64,000 nt of DNA from Octopus sinensis (Eukaryota): contig NC_043004.1 in the NCBI RefSeq assembly GCF_006345805.1, positions 60,884,001-60,948,000 on the forward strand, read 5' to 3'. The first letter of the stretch is position 1. Each line of letters begins with the position of its first letter. Both the position numbers and the translations under genes were made by a program. This document shows positions 12,233 through 25,250 of this stretch, piece by piece. A model generated the notes under the pieces. The model saw only the letters and a program-made list of their open reading frames with translations. It did no database searches and had not been told where the DNA came from.

Positions 12233-15035
12233 CATGTGTGTGTGTGTGTATTTCTTTTATTCTTTAACTTGTTTCAGCTAATGGTGTTGATGTAACACAC
12301 ATCATTTATCGCCTTTTGATCTTAGGGATGGATATATGACATTAAGTACTCGGATGGAGCAGTTGGCTATGAAGCATAGGTTTCGATTCTCGGGGAGCAG
12401 TTTCGTCAATAGGCATTTCTGGAGGGAAGAACCTGACTAAGTCACCTGTGTATCTAAGTCTTCCCTATGGATGGTCTTTCTGATAACAGCCGTTATGCTG
12501 TCATTGATATGTGGAAACATCCAGAAACAGCTGTTGAATTCTTCCATTTCTTGGGCTTTCGATCTTAAATATAATTACTAAAAGATGGAGGTATTTGTTT
12601 ACTTCTACTAGCTTTTGGAATTGTGCTACAAATCACTCAATATTATGTCACGCTTCCTGCATAGTGGATACAGAGAAATCAGTTTCGAATGTCCCTGGCC
12701 TTAACACTGATAAGGGATAGTAAGTGTGTGGTTGACAGATATATCTCTGCAAGCAGCTTTCTTGTAGGGTTTGATGTTGATGTCACCTCTTACTGGGACT
12801 TTTTTGATTTTCTAAGGTCGAGTACTGAATACTGGGGTGAATCATGGACGCAAAAATTTAACATAAGGAGTTGGCTTCTTCGCGAGAAGTTGTGAAGTTG
12901 TGTATATCGTTTGCATATCTCGGGGGTGGGGCAAAAGTGGCAGTTATAGAGCAGTTGGCTTTCCAGCTGGTCCACATGACTGATGTCAGGAAACCCAAGA
13001 GACTAAATCCCATGGGTTGGTCTCTACATATTGCCTATAATGATGGACGGGGATGTTTAGATGTGGTGAGACAGAAATAGTAGGGATTAGGGGAGATGAT
13101 GCAGTTGGTCAGTACGTCGCCTATTCAATTAGCGGATACTGGGATATAAAGTGAGAGAGGGGGGAGACTGTGAGGGAGAGAGAGACTTCGAGGCTGATAA
13201 CATAATAGTTGTAAAATAATATCTCGAGTTCGAATTGATATAGGCTTCTGATGACCTCATCGCAGATTCTGACGTGCCCCAGGAAGGTTAGAAATGTAAG
13301 CTTTATGATCTGAGGGAGAATCCAAGATATTTTGTACAGGTTTCTCCAAAGCTAGAGACAACGTGTCTCATCTTCAGCTTGAGTGCAGTTTTATGTGCTT
13401 CGATTAAATGATAGAATGTAGGAAATCCCATATATCTGGTGATGAAGTTAGTTTTACACATAGTAGAGAATCTTCGACGTACTCAGTTGCAGGCTGGGAC
13501 CGATGGTGATGGTGATGATGGTTGTGATAGTTATGATGGTAGTAGTAGTAGTTTAATTCTAGGCCACTCTGATCGAGAAATCGAACAGATTGATGTTCAA
13601 AGATATTCTAGTTGCAACAATCCTAGCTTATTTGTTTAGCTATATCTACATTGTCCAATGTCTTCATTTAAATGGGAAGATGTTATTTGAAGGAGATGTT
13701 GTTGCCGTTTGTAGCAAGTCGAGTGACCAGATAGAGGTTCCTTCATTAGACCGAGAATTGTTCGCTATTTTAAACAGTGGACCCAGGGTCTCATTAAACA
13801 GTCGATCTCAGGGTCTCATTACGACGAATTGCTGCAACAATGCATCTAATCAATCAACCAAGATGATCCTTTATAGTGAATAGACTGAACATGAGAAAAG
13901 ACACACACGCACATGCACAAAATAACACTAAGAAAGCAACAAATTAACTTCGTATTTCCACAAATCCCTAAGGAGTAAGGGCATTCATTGATATTTCGGG
14001 ATACAGTATGGCCAAAGACGTTCAATTTACAGCCGTATGGTTCCGGTTTCGATCCCTCTAGTTGCAATTTTAGGCAAATATAATTCTCCCTAGCTTCCGA
14101 TCACCTCATAGCTTGTGAATGAAATTGGGTAGATGGAAACTATATAGAAGCTTGTTGCATGGGTTGTTTTTGATACAACGTGTCACGCAGACTTTATCTA
14201 TGTGTCAGTAGAGTTCTCAACCAATTACACGCGAATTCAAGAGCAGGTAATTCAGATTATTGAACAGCGGAGATCTACTACAAATATCAAACTCAGTTCT
14301 CATGCAAACACAATGCCTCACATTTGGTTAATGATTTATTTCATCAAACCCAGGAAGAAAAAAAGGCAACTGCTACTTAGGCAACACTCGAAATTAAAAC
14401 GTAAAGATATGTAGCTATAACTGCCAATTATTCTAACAACAGTTCTATCAATTCTTTCTGTTGTATTTTCGCCAATATTTATGCTGAGTTTTATTTTATC
14501 ACGTTGACATGATATATTTTCTTTAAAATAAAGGAAAGTGGTGACTAAAATAAAAGCTACATGTCTGATCCCGCGGTACCTTGAGCAGATGTCTACCAGC
14601 GTAGCGTCGGCTTAAGCGATGCCTTGTGAATAGCGTAACAATTCTGGACACGTGTCAGTTCTTTTAGAGCTTCTTCGGCAAACCCTTATCTATTTAGCAG
14701 AGCACTTTGTGATTAGAAGAACAACTTTATTAGATATGTCTGCACCGATTCAACTATATCTTCGTGCAGCGGTTATCGGCAAACAAATCTATCGATGATA
14801 AAAGTTCATGCTAATTACTTGTAAACTATAATTAAAAGTATTGATTGGATAAAATACAGGTTCTTTATTATCATTTACTAAATAATTTCCAAATTAGGCA
14901 GAAGGCTAGAAATTTTATGAAAATGAATAGTTGATAGCAAAGAAGCCAGTATTTCATCTGTACTCTGAGAGGATGAAAGACACAGGACAATTCAGCTGGA
15001 TTTCATCTCATTTTAAGAAACACACACACACACAC

Positions 15036-15134
<99 letters not shown>

Positions 15135-15224
15135 AAGTTAATCCAAACATGAAAACACAACAACGCGAGGACGTGGAACAAATATAGTATTATTGGACGC
15201 TCAGAAAGGAAGGGAAGAAGGAGG

Positions 15225-15259
15225 GTTTAACGTTTCGAGCGGAGCTCTTCGTCAGAAAC
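15225..15259 (-). ncRNA. Minimal (dimer-type) type I hammerhead ribozyme
   Basis: GUUU-CUGACGA-A-GAGC ucc GCUC-GAAACGUU-AAAC; palindromic ACGU in place of stem III. Confidence 0.75.
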
Positions 15260-15427
15260 ATAGGAAAAGGAAAGATCCAGAGAAGGGAAGACGGAGGAGA
15301 AAAAAATCGCCAACGGTACACACGCGGTCACATTTTGAATGAATCAATTGCAGCATGGAAGGTGTTTATAAGCCATTTTAAGAAACACACAAAAACCGTT
15401 AGATTCACTTCAACATTTAAATTTAAT

Positions 15428-15476
15428 TTGTCAAAATATTTTCGTCGCTTTCAGACCGCAACCTGTTCACTGACAA
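15428..15476 (-). ncRNA. Type I hammerhead ribozyme with G3:C8-swapped core (GUGAACA)
   Basis: UUGUCA-GUGAACA-G-GUUGC ggucugaaa GCGAC-GAAAAUAUU-U-UGACAA. Confidence 0.7.
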
Positions 15477-15804
15477 GATTCCGTGCTGCATGAGATGCAC
15501 CAAAATATGCGCCAAATGCAGTTAGATGCTACAAAGATTTTACTATCAGTCTGAACGTTAGGCTGATGTGTAAGAAGTAGAAACCTTCATTATGAGTTGC
15601 AACCATGAAGTTTAGGTTCAGTCACACTGCGCGGCACCTTACGCAAGATATTTTTTCTTTTTGTTGAATTGTTTTTTAGTTATGGGGATCGATTTCTTCG
15701 AGTAAGCCTATTAACGTGGTGCTTCATCTTGGCCACAGTCCAATGAGTAAAACCTGTGCAAAATATAAGCTGCTACATACGTACGTAACTGACCATCTCT
15801 CTCC

Positions 15805-15955
<151 letters not shown>

Positions 15956-16305
15956 AGAGGGATGGCCACTAAGTGGACATCCACCATGCTAGAAGTCGAC
16001 CCTCTATGGTCTTACCACTATCTTGTATGTTTTCATTTGTCTTGCTCGCTGACGTTTTGGCGTTTGCTAAATTTTCTTGAGAACATGCCTTTCTTAGTGG
16101 TAAGACCATAGGGGGTCGACTTCTAGCAAAATGGATGTCCACTTAGTGGTCATCCCTTTTATATGTATGTAATATAATTTTTCTGAATCTTCAGATTTTT
16201 CTATATGCTAGACCAATGGTTTTAATTTGATATTAATCAAATTAATATTCAATTTTTCACCCTTATTATTTTAAATTTAAATGTGTGTGTGTGTGTGTGT
16301 GTGAA

Positions 16306-17520
16306 GGCGCGTGGCTTAGTGGTTAGGGTGTCAGCATCATGATCATAAGATTGCGGTTTCGATTCCTGGACCGGGTGACGCGTTGTGTTCTTGAGCAAAA
16401 CACTTCAAGGTTCAGTGCTTGGGCCCTTATTGTTCTTAGTCTTCATAAATGACTTGCCCGACGACCTCACGCAACACACCCTTCTATTTGTCGATGATGT
16501 CAAACTGATCGCTCCTCGCGGTGATATAGAGGATCTTCGTCGATACCTCCACCAAATTTGGAGATGGTCTAACGAATATGACCTGTGTCTGAACGTGTCA
16601 AAGTGCTGTCATCTGCCTGTTGGCTCTCCTCCTGCAACTCAACTTGATTTCGAGCCGGGTCGTCTGCTGCTGGAGAGGACCGACCAGGTAAAGGACCTGG
16701 GTATCTTGGTGGATTTCTCCTTTTCGCCTTCGGCCCAGTGCGTCCATGCTGCCAACAAGGCACACGGAGTTCCGTTCTTGATTCCACGGTCATTCGGAAT
16801 GCTCACAGCAGCCATATTCCTACCGCTCTATGTCACGCTGGTGAGACCCATATTGGAGTACGGGATTCAAGCCTCTTCTCCTTATCTCCTCAAAGACATA
16901 CAGCATCTCGAAAGAGTCCAGAAGCTGGCTACCCTCATGGTTCTTGGTCTCAAGAATTTGTCTTATGAAGAAAGGCTGAAGACGCTCGACCTTTATTCTC
17001 TAGAAAAACGACGACGCCGTGGTGATCTCATTCTTCCTCACAACATCATGAGCGGAAAGTGTAACCTCTCGAAAGAGCTGTTCTTCACTCCTGCTCCAGA
17101 GTGTCGGCTGCGGGGTTACTCCGAAAAGCTCTATCTGCGACGATTTCATCTCAATCGAAGGAGAGGGGCTTTCTCCCTCCGGGTTGCGGATCCGTAGAAT
17201 AAGCTGCCGGACGAGATAGAGAAGATGCCGACGACCGTTAGGTTCAAAGTCTCCCTTGACCACAAGTGGCCTGAACTCTTTACATGAACACCACCCTGTA
17301 CATAACTCCATGTCCCCCTACATGGCCTTGCTTTTTGCTGTTTGAGCCAAAAAATTAACTAACTAACTAACTTCATTTCACGTTGCTCCAGTCCACTCAA
17401 CTGGCAAAAATGAGTAACGCTGCGATGGATTGGCGTCTCGTCCAGCTGGTGAACACATACGCCATAGAAACCGGGAAACCGGGCCCATGAGCCTGGTTAG
17501 GCATTAAAAGGGCGCATTTA
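16306..17520 (+). mobile_element. tRNA-derived SINE with CORE-like central domain, split by the LINE (16306-16407 + 17370-17520); related copy at about 54730-55045
   Basis: A box tggcttagtgg, B box ggtttcgattcc; tgtgttcttgagcaaaacacttca|tttcacgttgctccag rejoins across the insertion. Confidence 0.75.
16408..17369 (+). mobile_element. 5'-truncated CR1-group LINE (RT C-terminus, 3' UTR, (AACT)n tail) inserted into a SINE
   Basis: QGSVLGPLLFLVFINDL..FVDDVKL..YEERLKTLDLYSLEKRRRRGDLI; premature TAG at 17195; target-site duplication acttca at 16402-07 and 17370-75. Confidence 0.92.
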
Positions 17521-18840
17521 TATATATACTCTTTTACTCTTTTACTTGTTTCAGTCATTTGACTGCGGCCATGCTGGAGCACCGCCTTTTGTCGAGCAAA
17601 TCGACCCCGGGACTTATTCTTTGTAAGCCCAGTACTTATTCTATCGGTCTCTTTTGCCGAACCGCTAATCGACGGGGACGTAAACACACCAGCATCGGTT
17701 GTCAAGCAATGCTAGGGGGGAAAACACAGACACACACAAACATATAAACACACACTTATATATATATATACATATATACGACAGGCTTCTTTCAGTTTCC
17801 GTCTACCAAATCCACTCACAAGGCATTGGTCGGCCCGGGGCTATAGCAGAAGACACTTGCCTAAGGTGCTACGCAGTGGGACTGAACCCGGAACCATGTG
17901 GTTGGTTAGCAAGCTACTTACCACACAGCCACTCTTGCGCACCCATAAACGCCATAAATGCTAGCTGAGAGCCAATTTATATCACTCTCCAAACAAAAAT
18001 GATCTGAACAAATAAAAGTGTGTTTTCAAGGGAAATAACTTAGATAAATTTAATGCGAGTTACGACACTTGATTTTATGCGATACCTCAAACACTTCGTT
18101 TGTCATATATCGTACGTCTGCAGCGCATGAATGACACTACTACGAAAATCTTTCTGATGAAGCGCAAGATCTCGATCTGCTTTGCCACTCTTGTCCGGCC
18201 TCCTCACGATATTGTCCATCCATTGCGGTCTTTGCTTGCCTCTTCATCTACAACTCTTTGCTCTCCCTGCCGTGATAATGTTTTCCACACAATTACTTTT
18301 TTCGAATAAGGCCATAACAGATGAACCACAATGTTTGGGTGTTGTCGTCATACGAAACAAAAATTTCACTTTTCAATATTCCTGGGTGAGTGTTTGAAAA
18401 TAAATGAGAGTGACTGTAAGATCAATGTCGTCATGGCCAGAAAGATAACGTAAAATAGATTATAGAATTACTTACTAAAGTTGTGATGTTTATACACCCA
18501 ACAACACTGTCAAATGAAGTACGTAAAATTAAGTTACACTTTGGTAGCTCTCGAATCACAGTATACAGAGATGTGGTGTCAAGAAAAAAATAAGGGAACT
18601 AAGTTTGCTAGTTTTATTCATATGTTAGTCGGAAACAAAGACAACGCAGGTAACACGTACGTAGCTGTTACAAAAGTGATTACGCTCCCGGAGAAAATGT
18701 TTTATCAAATTGATTTTAGTCTTTGGTGAAAGCCTCATCATTGGAGTCAACATCAATGCCCGACTGATCCTTGCATAGATCTAATCAAAATATATTGCGA
18801 TTTTGGTTACGATTGGTCACTTAGTGCCAGAAGAATATCG

Positions 18841-19106
18841 GGATCTTTACCATTTGACCGACAGATTTTTAAAATATTTTTTTGTAACTAAACAGCAGTA
18901 ATTTTACTCAGCTGAATACACGTCGTTGATTGGTTAAAATCACCGAAATACGACAACTTTAACAAAAAAATAACTTCCAAAATACAGAATTTTTTCAACA
19001 ACGCCAAAAGATGTTTTATGTGACACATTCTACCAGTATACGAAGTTTGAAAGTGTTTAGTTACAAAAAATTATTTTTAAATCTGTCGGTCAAAAGGTAA
19101 AGATCC
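18841..19106. mobile_element. MITE with GG termini and 8 bp target-site duplication (Merlin-like)
   Basis: TIR ggatctttacc.tttgaccgacagattt; duplication gaatatcg at 18833-40 and 19107-14. Confidence 0.85.
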
Positions 19107-19159
19107 GAATATCGTAAAAGATTGGACATTCTGAATTGTTCCAATAATAATATTCGTTC

Positions 19160-19570
19160 GTCGTTGTCAAGACATCCCATAATAGAAGAAGATGGGTCAC
19201 AGTCCGTCCGGTTGTGGCCGGTTAGGTCAATACGTATTCAGAAGATTTTACCACAAGTCGGGCACTGGTGGTGTACTGGGAATGAAGGCAAGGAGTTGGC
19301 TCTAGACTTGCGCAGCTCACGTTTTGTTTGTACTCCTACGACCATATTCTATTCGCGGGGGGTTGCACCACTGTTGGTGCAGCTACGCCAGGAAGGACGA
19401 TCCTGTACCTGCATTTCCCAGATGTCAAGGTTGAAAATCACGGCTGGACCGCAGCAGTTAAAGACAGCTACCAATGCATGTGGTCACTTCAGTGACACGT
19501 TGAGTGTATCTTTGAAGCGCTTTTTCTACGCACCTTGTGTGCGCTTGCCTTTTGCCAATTCACTATAAAA
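19160..19570 (-). mobile_element. RTE-clade LINE 3' fragment
   Basis: ELAKGKRTQG..KKRFKDTL..DRPSWRS..CPTCGK. Confidence 0.75.
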
Positions 19571-21908
19571 CAGAAGTTACCATATACTGTACTATAAATA
19601 AAAACAATGAGATACTATTATAATTAAGTATAGAGTAAGAATGATTCAAACTGAATTCCCTTTGAATAGTACATAGAAAATTACCACTAGGAATGAAATA
19701 ATCTGCATCAGTAACTCCTCAGCATTAAATCTATTTAATAACACGTGCAAGAAACAACGGATAAAATTAATATTATGGGAAATAAAAGAAAGCATAGTTT
19801 CATTAATAACAATAAATTTGAATTAAGTGACTTTTCATCTCTTTACTCCGACATCATTTCTTCAACGTGTCCTTCATTTATTAGTCTTTATATAAAGTGA
19901 ACACACCACTTTAACCCCTTTGCATTATTTAACACGAAGAACATCTTAAAGTGAAAACTAAGGTGACATTTAATGCAGGGGAAGAAATTATTCTTGGGGA
20001 TGATTGCGTCTATTGTCTGTCATAGTGTAGAAGACATGCTATGTTTGATTGATATTATTTGTTTGAAATGATTGTATGACATTTGGGGGTTTATACAGCA
20101 AATCTTTGACTGGACTTCCATATGTTACCCACATTAGTTGTGAGAGAAGTCAAAGCCCATGACCCGTTTCAGGAGTCTCAGAGACGAGAAGAAGATGGAC
20201 GATATCCTGAGACGAAAAGCCTAATCAGAACGCATGCAACAGAATGGACTAAAATCCCCAAAGATGCGAGGTGCAGGATTAAGTCTCCCACTCAAGTAAG
20301 CCATAATGGATTTGAACTCAGAGCACAAAGAGCCGGAATAAATACCGCAAGGCAACAGACCCGATGTTCTTGCAGTTCAACCAATTGTCTTCACTATAAG
20401 ATTCTCTTCGTCTTAATTTTGTGGGTATTTTTTTTACTGACCCTGCATGAATGACAGACAAAGTAGACCTCGGCAACATTTCAATGTCGGCGCGCAGAGG
20501 ATCGGAACAAATAACGCGAATCATTCTACCTATTTCTTTATTACTCACAAGGGGCTAAACATAGAGGGAACAAACAAGGACAGACATATGTATTATGTCG
20601 ATCACATCGACACCAGTGCGTAACTGGTACTTAATTTATCGACCCCGAAAGGATGAAAGGCAAAGTCGACCTCGGCGGAATTTGAACTCACAACGTAACG
20701 GCAGACGAAGTACCGCAAAGCATTTCGCCCGGTGTGCTAACGCTTCTGCTAGCTCGCCGATACCCTGTTCACTTGCCATTGTGCAACCACAAAATTTGAC
20801 TTAGAAATAACTATCCAGATGACGAAAGTTCTTTGTCAACCAAAACCTGATATGAACCAAATCACACAAATTGAACAAGTTGTTATAGAATCATGGGAGC
20901 TACGAGACGCAAACAACTTTATCCATTTAAGGATTACCGTCAGCAATCATGTTAAGCTCAGTGATGGCTTATACTGCAGGATGAGCGAATGCAGCCAAAC
21001 TTATAGAAGATGTTGAGAGAACAACTATGGGGCAAGAAGCACGTGTTGCTCCACATGAAATGCAAATGAGCGGGGTTGTAGTATTATCCATTTTATTATA
21101 TGGATCAGAGGCGTGAACCATATACTGCAGATAGGCAGACTGGGAAAAAAAGTGATGATCCACCCGATATTTCGTGCTGATCAGAGAAGGCGAAGATCCC
21201 TATCTCTGGCACCGAAGAGAATTTGGTGCTACGAAATCCTCGTTGGCTTGAGTATATCTAAAAAAGGAAGAAAATCGGTTTGCTGCCCAGTTATCTGGAG
21301 GTAAAAGATATTAGGGTAGATACAGACTGAAATAGAAGGGTAGAGATATTCTAAGATAAGGAGTTCGGAGTTTAGTAGTCACGGTTGGACCACAACAGTT
21401 AAAGACGGCTACCAATGGATGTGGTCACTTCACTTCTGATACTGAGACTTGTAATAGTGGTAGCCATTGTGAACAAATGCGTGGTTACAGATGTAAGAAG
21501 GAAAAAAAAACACAGAAAGAATGGTAAAAACTGGAACATTTTACTCATATGTTTACACGCCCTTGGGTTAAATAACTACAATAGAACAAAGTAGTCAAAA
21601 GACATTATGGATAGTTGTTATTGGTTTTATTTAGTCTCGGGCGTGTTCTGTGTGAGTAAACCTTTGATTGAATATGTTGGAACATTGACAGTCCCTCATT
21701 TATCATTCACACATATTCTTAAAGATAGTTTAGTTTACTTTGAAGATGTAGCTGCTATTTGAAGCAGAGATGGAGAGGCGTTTGCTCAGAGTGTTTTAAA
21801 AAATTTGATGAAACATAAAAAATTAACAATTGCAGCGTGGAAGGTGTCTATAAGCCATTTAAGAAACACAGAGAAACCGTCAGATTCACTTCAACATTTA
21901 AATTCAAT

Positions 21909-21957
21909 TTGCCAGAATATCTTCGTCGCTTTGAGACCGCGACCTGTTCACTGACAA
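21909..21957 (-). ncRNA. Degenerate copy of the GUGAACA hammerhead (GAAA mutated to GAAG)
   Basis: Same repeat family as 15428-15476. Confidence 0.55.
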
Positions 21958-22939
21958 GATTCCGTGCTGCATCTGAGCACAAAAAATTTTTTTATATGAT
22001 TTACTATGGGAACACAACTCTCCACAAATGTTTACAGAGTTACTTCCCTTTAATTATTTTTCTCTTTTTTCCTTTCACTTATTGTTAATTGTTATCCGAA
22101 CTTGTTCTCTCTTTCCTCTTGATTAACTCATTCATTTTCCTCGCATTCGGCCTATTCTTTTACCAATATAAACGTATTTTCCCTTTTCCTTTGTACCTAC
22201 GTCATAATATCTTACTTCAATGTAAACATCCTTCTTCTCTTTCCTTTCTTCACCTCTCTTTCCCCTTCCACTTCGTCTCTCCACCTCTTTTCCTCTCCCT
22301 TCTACCCTCTTCCATTTTTCTCCCTCATCCCTTCCACTTCCCCTTCCCCCACATCCTTCCTCCTATTCCTCTCTCTCTCTCTCTCTCCCTCCTCGTGTCC
22401 TCCCTTCTTACAACTTCATTCTTTTTTCTTTCCCGCCGTTTTTCCTACTCCATACATGCGCATCATTCACTTCCTGTTGGTGAAATAAACATCAGTTTTG
22501 TATTTTCACTTTGTCACCATGTGAACCAACTTTTCTCTATTTTCTTAAAAAAAAGAATTATGTTCAGAGTCTTAGAAACAATAAGCAACATAACCATCTT
22601 AGCATTATCATTTAGATTTACCAACTAATGCTTTAACATTGTCATACTTTCATAAATATAATATATTCGGACGAATTACATATCATTCTAAGGTTTGTGG
22701 CATTTTTTTTAAAGTACTTAAATGTTATTAAAATGCGGGAAATTGTCGAGCCTAATATTTATAGATTGATACCCTAGAAGCCTGCCATTGTATATATATA
22801 TATATATATTATATATATATATATATAGTCAATAAAAAAGGGTAGAATTAATTAATTCGACCGAGAAATAGCCTAATTTTTGGCTGCTATTTCTAAAAAG
22901 CTCGGTGTGTTGTAAATTATTTTACTTTACCCTATTTTT

Positions 22940-22975
22940 ATAATATATATATATATTTATATATTATATATATAT

Positions 22976-23009
<34 letters not shown>

Positions 23010-23051
23010 GATATATTATATTATAATATATATATCTAATATATATACTAT

Positions 23052-23106
<55 letters not shown>

Positions 23107-23132
23107 ATATATATATGTAATATATATAATAT

Positions 23133-23181
<49 letters not shown>

Positions 23182-23338
23182 ATATATAATATTATATATA
23201 TATATAATATATAATATATATATATAATATATTATAATATATAATATATATATATATATTATGTAATATATATAATATATATTATATAAAATATATATAT
23301 TAGATAATATATATATATATATTATATATATATATATA
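22940..23338. repeat. Degenerate (TA)n tract of about 400 bp
   Basis: Seen directly. Confidence 0.95.
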
Positions 23339-23423
23339 GGTAAACAGTAAAATTAAATACAGACATGGACAAGAACATGAACACCACAGAGATACGACAC
23401 AAGACCACAGGCGGGACATTCGA

Positions 23424-23490
23424 AGCCCTCAGTCATCAGTCAAGAACCAGATCATCTTAGCAATTTCGGCTGATTAATCTTGAGATTGCT
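23424..23490 (-). ncRNA. Candidate non-circularly permuted hammerhead ribozyme
   Basis: AGCAAUC^UCAAGA-6nt-AGCCGAAAUUGCU-13nt-UCUUGACUGAUGA(cugag)GGCU; stems I and III are each 6 bp and perfect. Confidence 0.55.
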
Positions 23491-24989
23491 CCGATATGGC
23501 CAGCCCGCCAAGGGAAATCTAAGCCAAGCGCATTAGTCCCCTGGAAGAAAGCTTCGAATGTATACAACGAAAGGACGGAAAACGATCGAAGTACACAAAC
23601 AAAAATACAGAATACGTGACACCATAAGAATACAAAAACGTAAAAACAATAACGGTAAAAATAAAAAATAAACAACAAAACAAAACCAGGACGTAGACAA
23701 GGGTCTTTCGACAGGACGATTTGAGTAGGGGCTGGCTTGTGAAGTTGTGCCTAAAGGCCACGGGGAGACGAACACATACGTGTTGCTTCTGAGGCTGCTG
23801 AAAACGAAAATATATATATATATTATATTAAATTAGAGATAAAAGCACTATTAGGCAAAATATATATATATATTATATTAAATTAGAGATAAAAGCACTA
23901 TTAGGCAAATCAAACAATGAAAAACATAAGCCAATACATAAAATTAATTAATTTATATATATATATATATGGCATTCCTTCGATATGACTCGACGAATTC
24001 AAAACATATATATATAATATGTATATTTATAAAATATATACATGTGTGTATTATGAATAATCGGCAGAAATTACACTGAAGTCCCAAGATTTGTGCATTG
24101 ACACTTACCAAAGCGAAACTCAGGTCCTTAAATCACAAATTTTTGCCGAATAGTAACCTTTTTTACTATAGTACTGGTACTTTCATCGATTCGGAAAGGA
24201 TGACAGGCATAGTCGATCTCAGCGGAATTTGAACTAAGAACGTAGAGACGGACGAAATGCCATTAAGCATTTTGTCCGGCATGCTAAATACTTTCAGCAT
24301 TTTGGTACAAGGCGAGTAGTTTCGGAGAAGGGCTGAGTCGATTAAATCGATTCCAGTGCTCTGCTATCGAATTAGGTGGGATACTCTTTTTTTTTTTTGG
24401 TTTTTTATTTGTTTCAGTCATTTGACTGCGGCCATGCTGGAGCACCGCCTTTTTAGTCGAGCAAATCGACCCCGGGACTTATTCTTTGTAAGCCCAGTAC
24501 TTATTCTATCGCGGTCTTTTTTGCCGAACCGCTAAGTAACGGGGACGTAAACACACCAGCATCGGTTGTCAAGCAATGCTAGGGGGACAAACACAAATAT
24601 ACATACACATATATATATATATATATACATATATACGACGGGCTTCTTTCAGTTTCCGTCTACCAAATCCACTCACAAGGCTTTGGTCGGCCCGAGGCTA
24701 TAGCATAGGACACTTGCCCAAGGTGCCACACAGTGGGACTGAACCCGGAACCATGTGGTTGGTAAACAAGCTACTTACCACACAGCCACTCCTGCGCCTG
24801 TTTATGTTTTCAAAATAAATGTTTACCGGTTGCTATTATTGAAAAGCGGTTAATGTTTACATCTTGACCCGGAAATGAACCAGCCCCCCCCCCCCAAATA
24901 TTGGAATGGGTGTAAAACAATGTGTAGGAAAGGAATGAAAAAAAAAATGCGCGCAAAGCAACGACAGTGTAGGGAGAGAACTTGGGAAA

Positions 24990-25250
24990 ATTCCCAAGAT
25001 CCGCTTCGTCTCTGTGTCATCGCAAGTCGCTTCTGCTGTTCGTGTTTGTGTTTAAAACCGGTGTTACTTTATTTATTTTGCTAGCACTGATCGGCAGATG
25101 CTGTGATATTAACGGATCCTATCGTCCACAGTATTTTCTTTGTTAGTTTGTTAAAGAGCAGTACTTAAGAAAAGTGGCCCCGGTGCGTTCACTCGCGCAT
25201 CCGCGCTAGCTAGTCGTGACTAGTCGATCCTACAACGGCTACCTAGCAAA
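24990..25250 (+). promoter_or_regulatory. Probable CpG-rich promoter and non-coding first exon of FBXL6 (start approximate)
   Basis: Unique, CpG-rich sequence ending in a perfect donor AAA|GTAAGT at 25251. An in-frame TAG lies 30 nt upstream. The next exon starts with ATG directly after its acceptor, so an upstream UTR exon is required. Confidence 0.6.

Noticed and set aside
12300-13480. Possible highly decayed Penelope ORF (FCPTP motif, - strand)
   Set aside because: Only one short motif recognised; insufficient.
16040-16105. - strand GCC-AAAACGUC resembling the GAAAC-GUC half of an HHR
   Set aside because: GAAA is mutated and there is no CUGANGA-like strand (AAGAAA instead).
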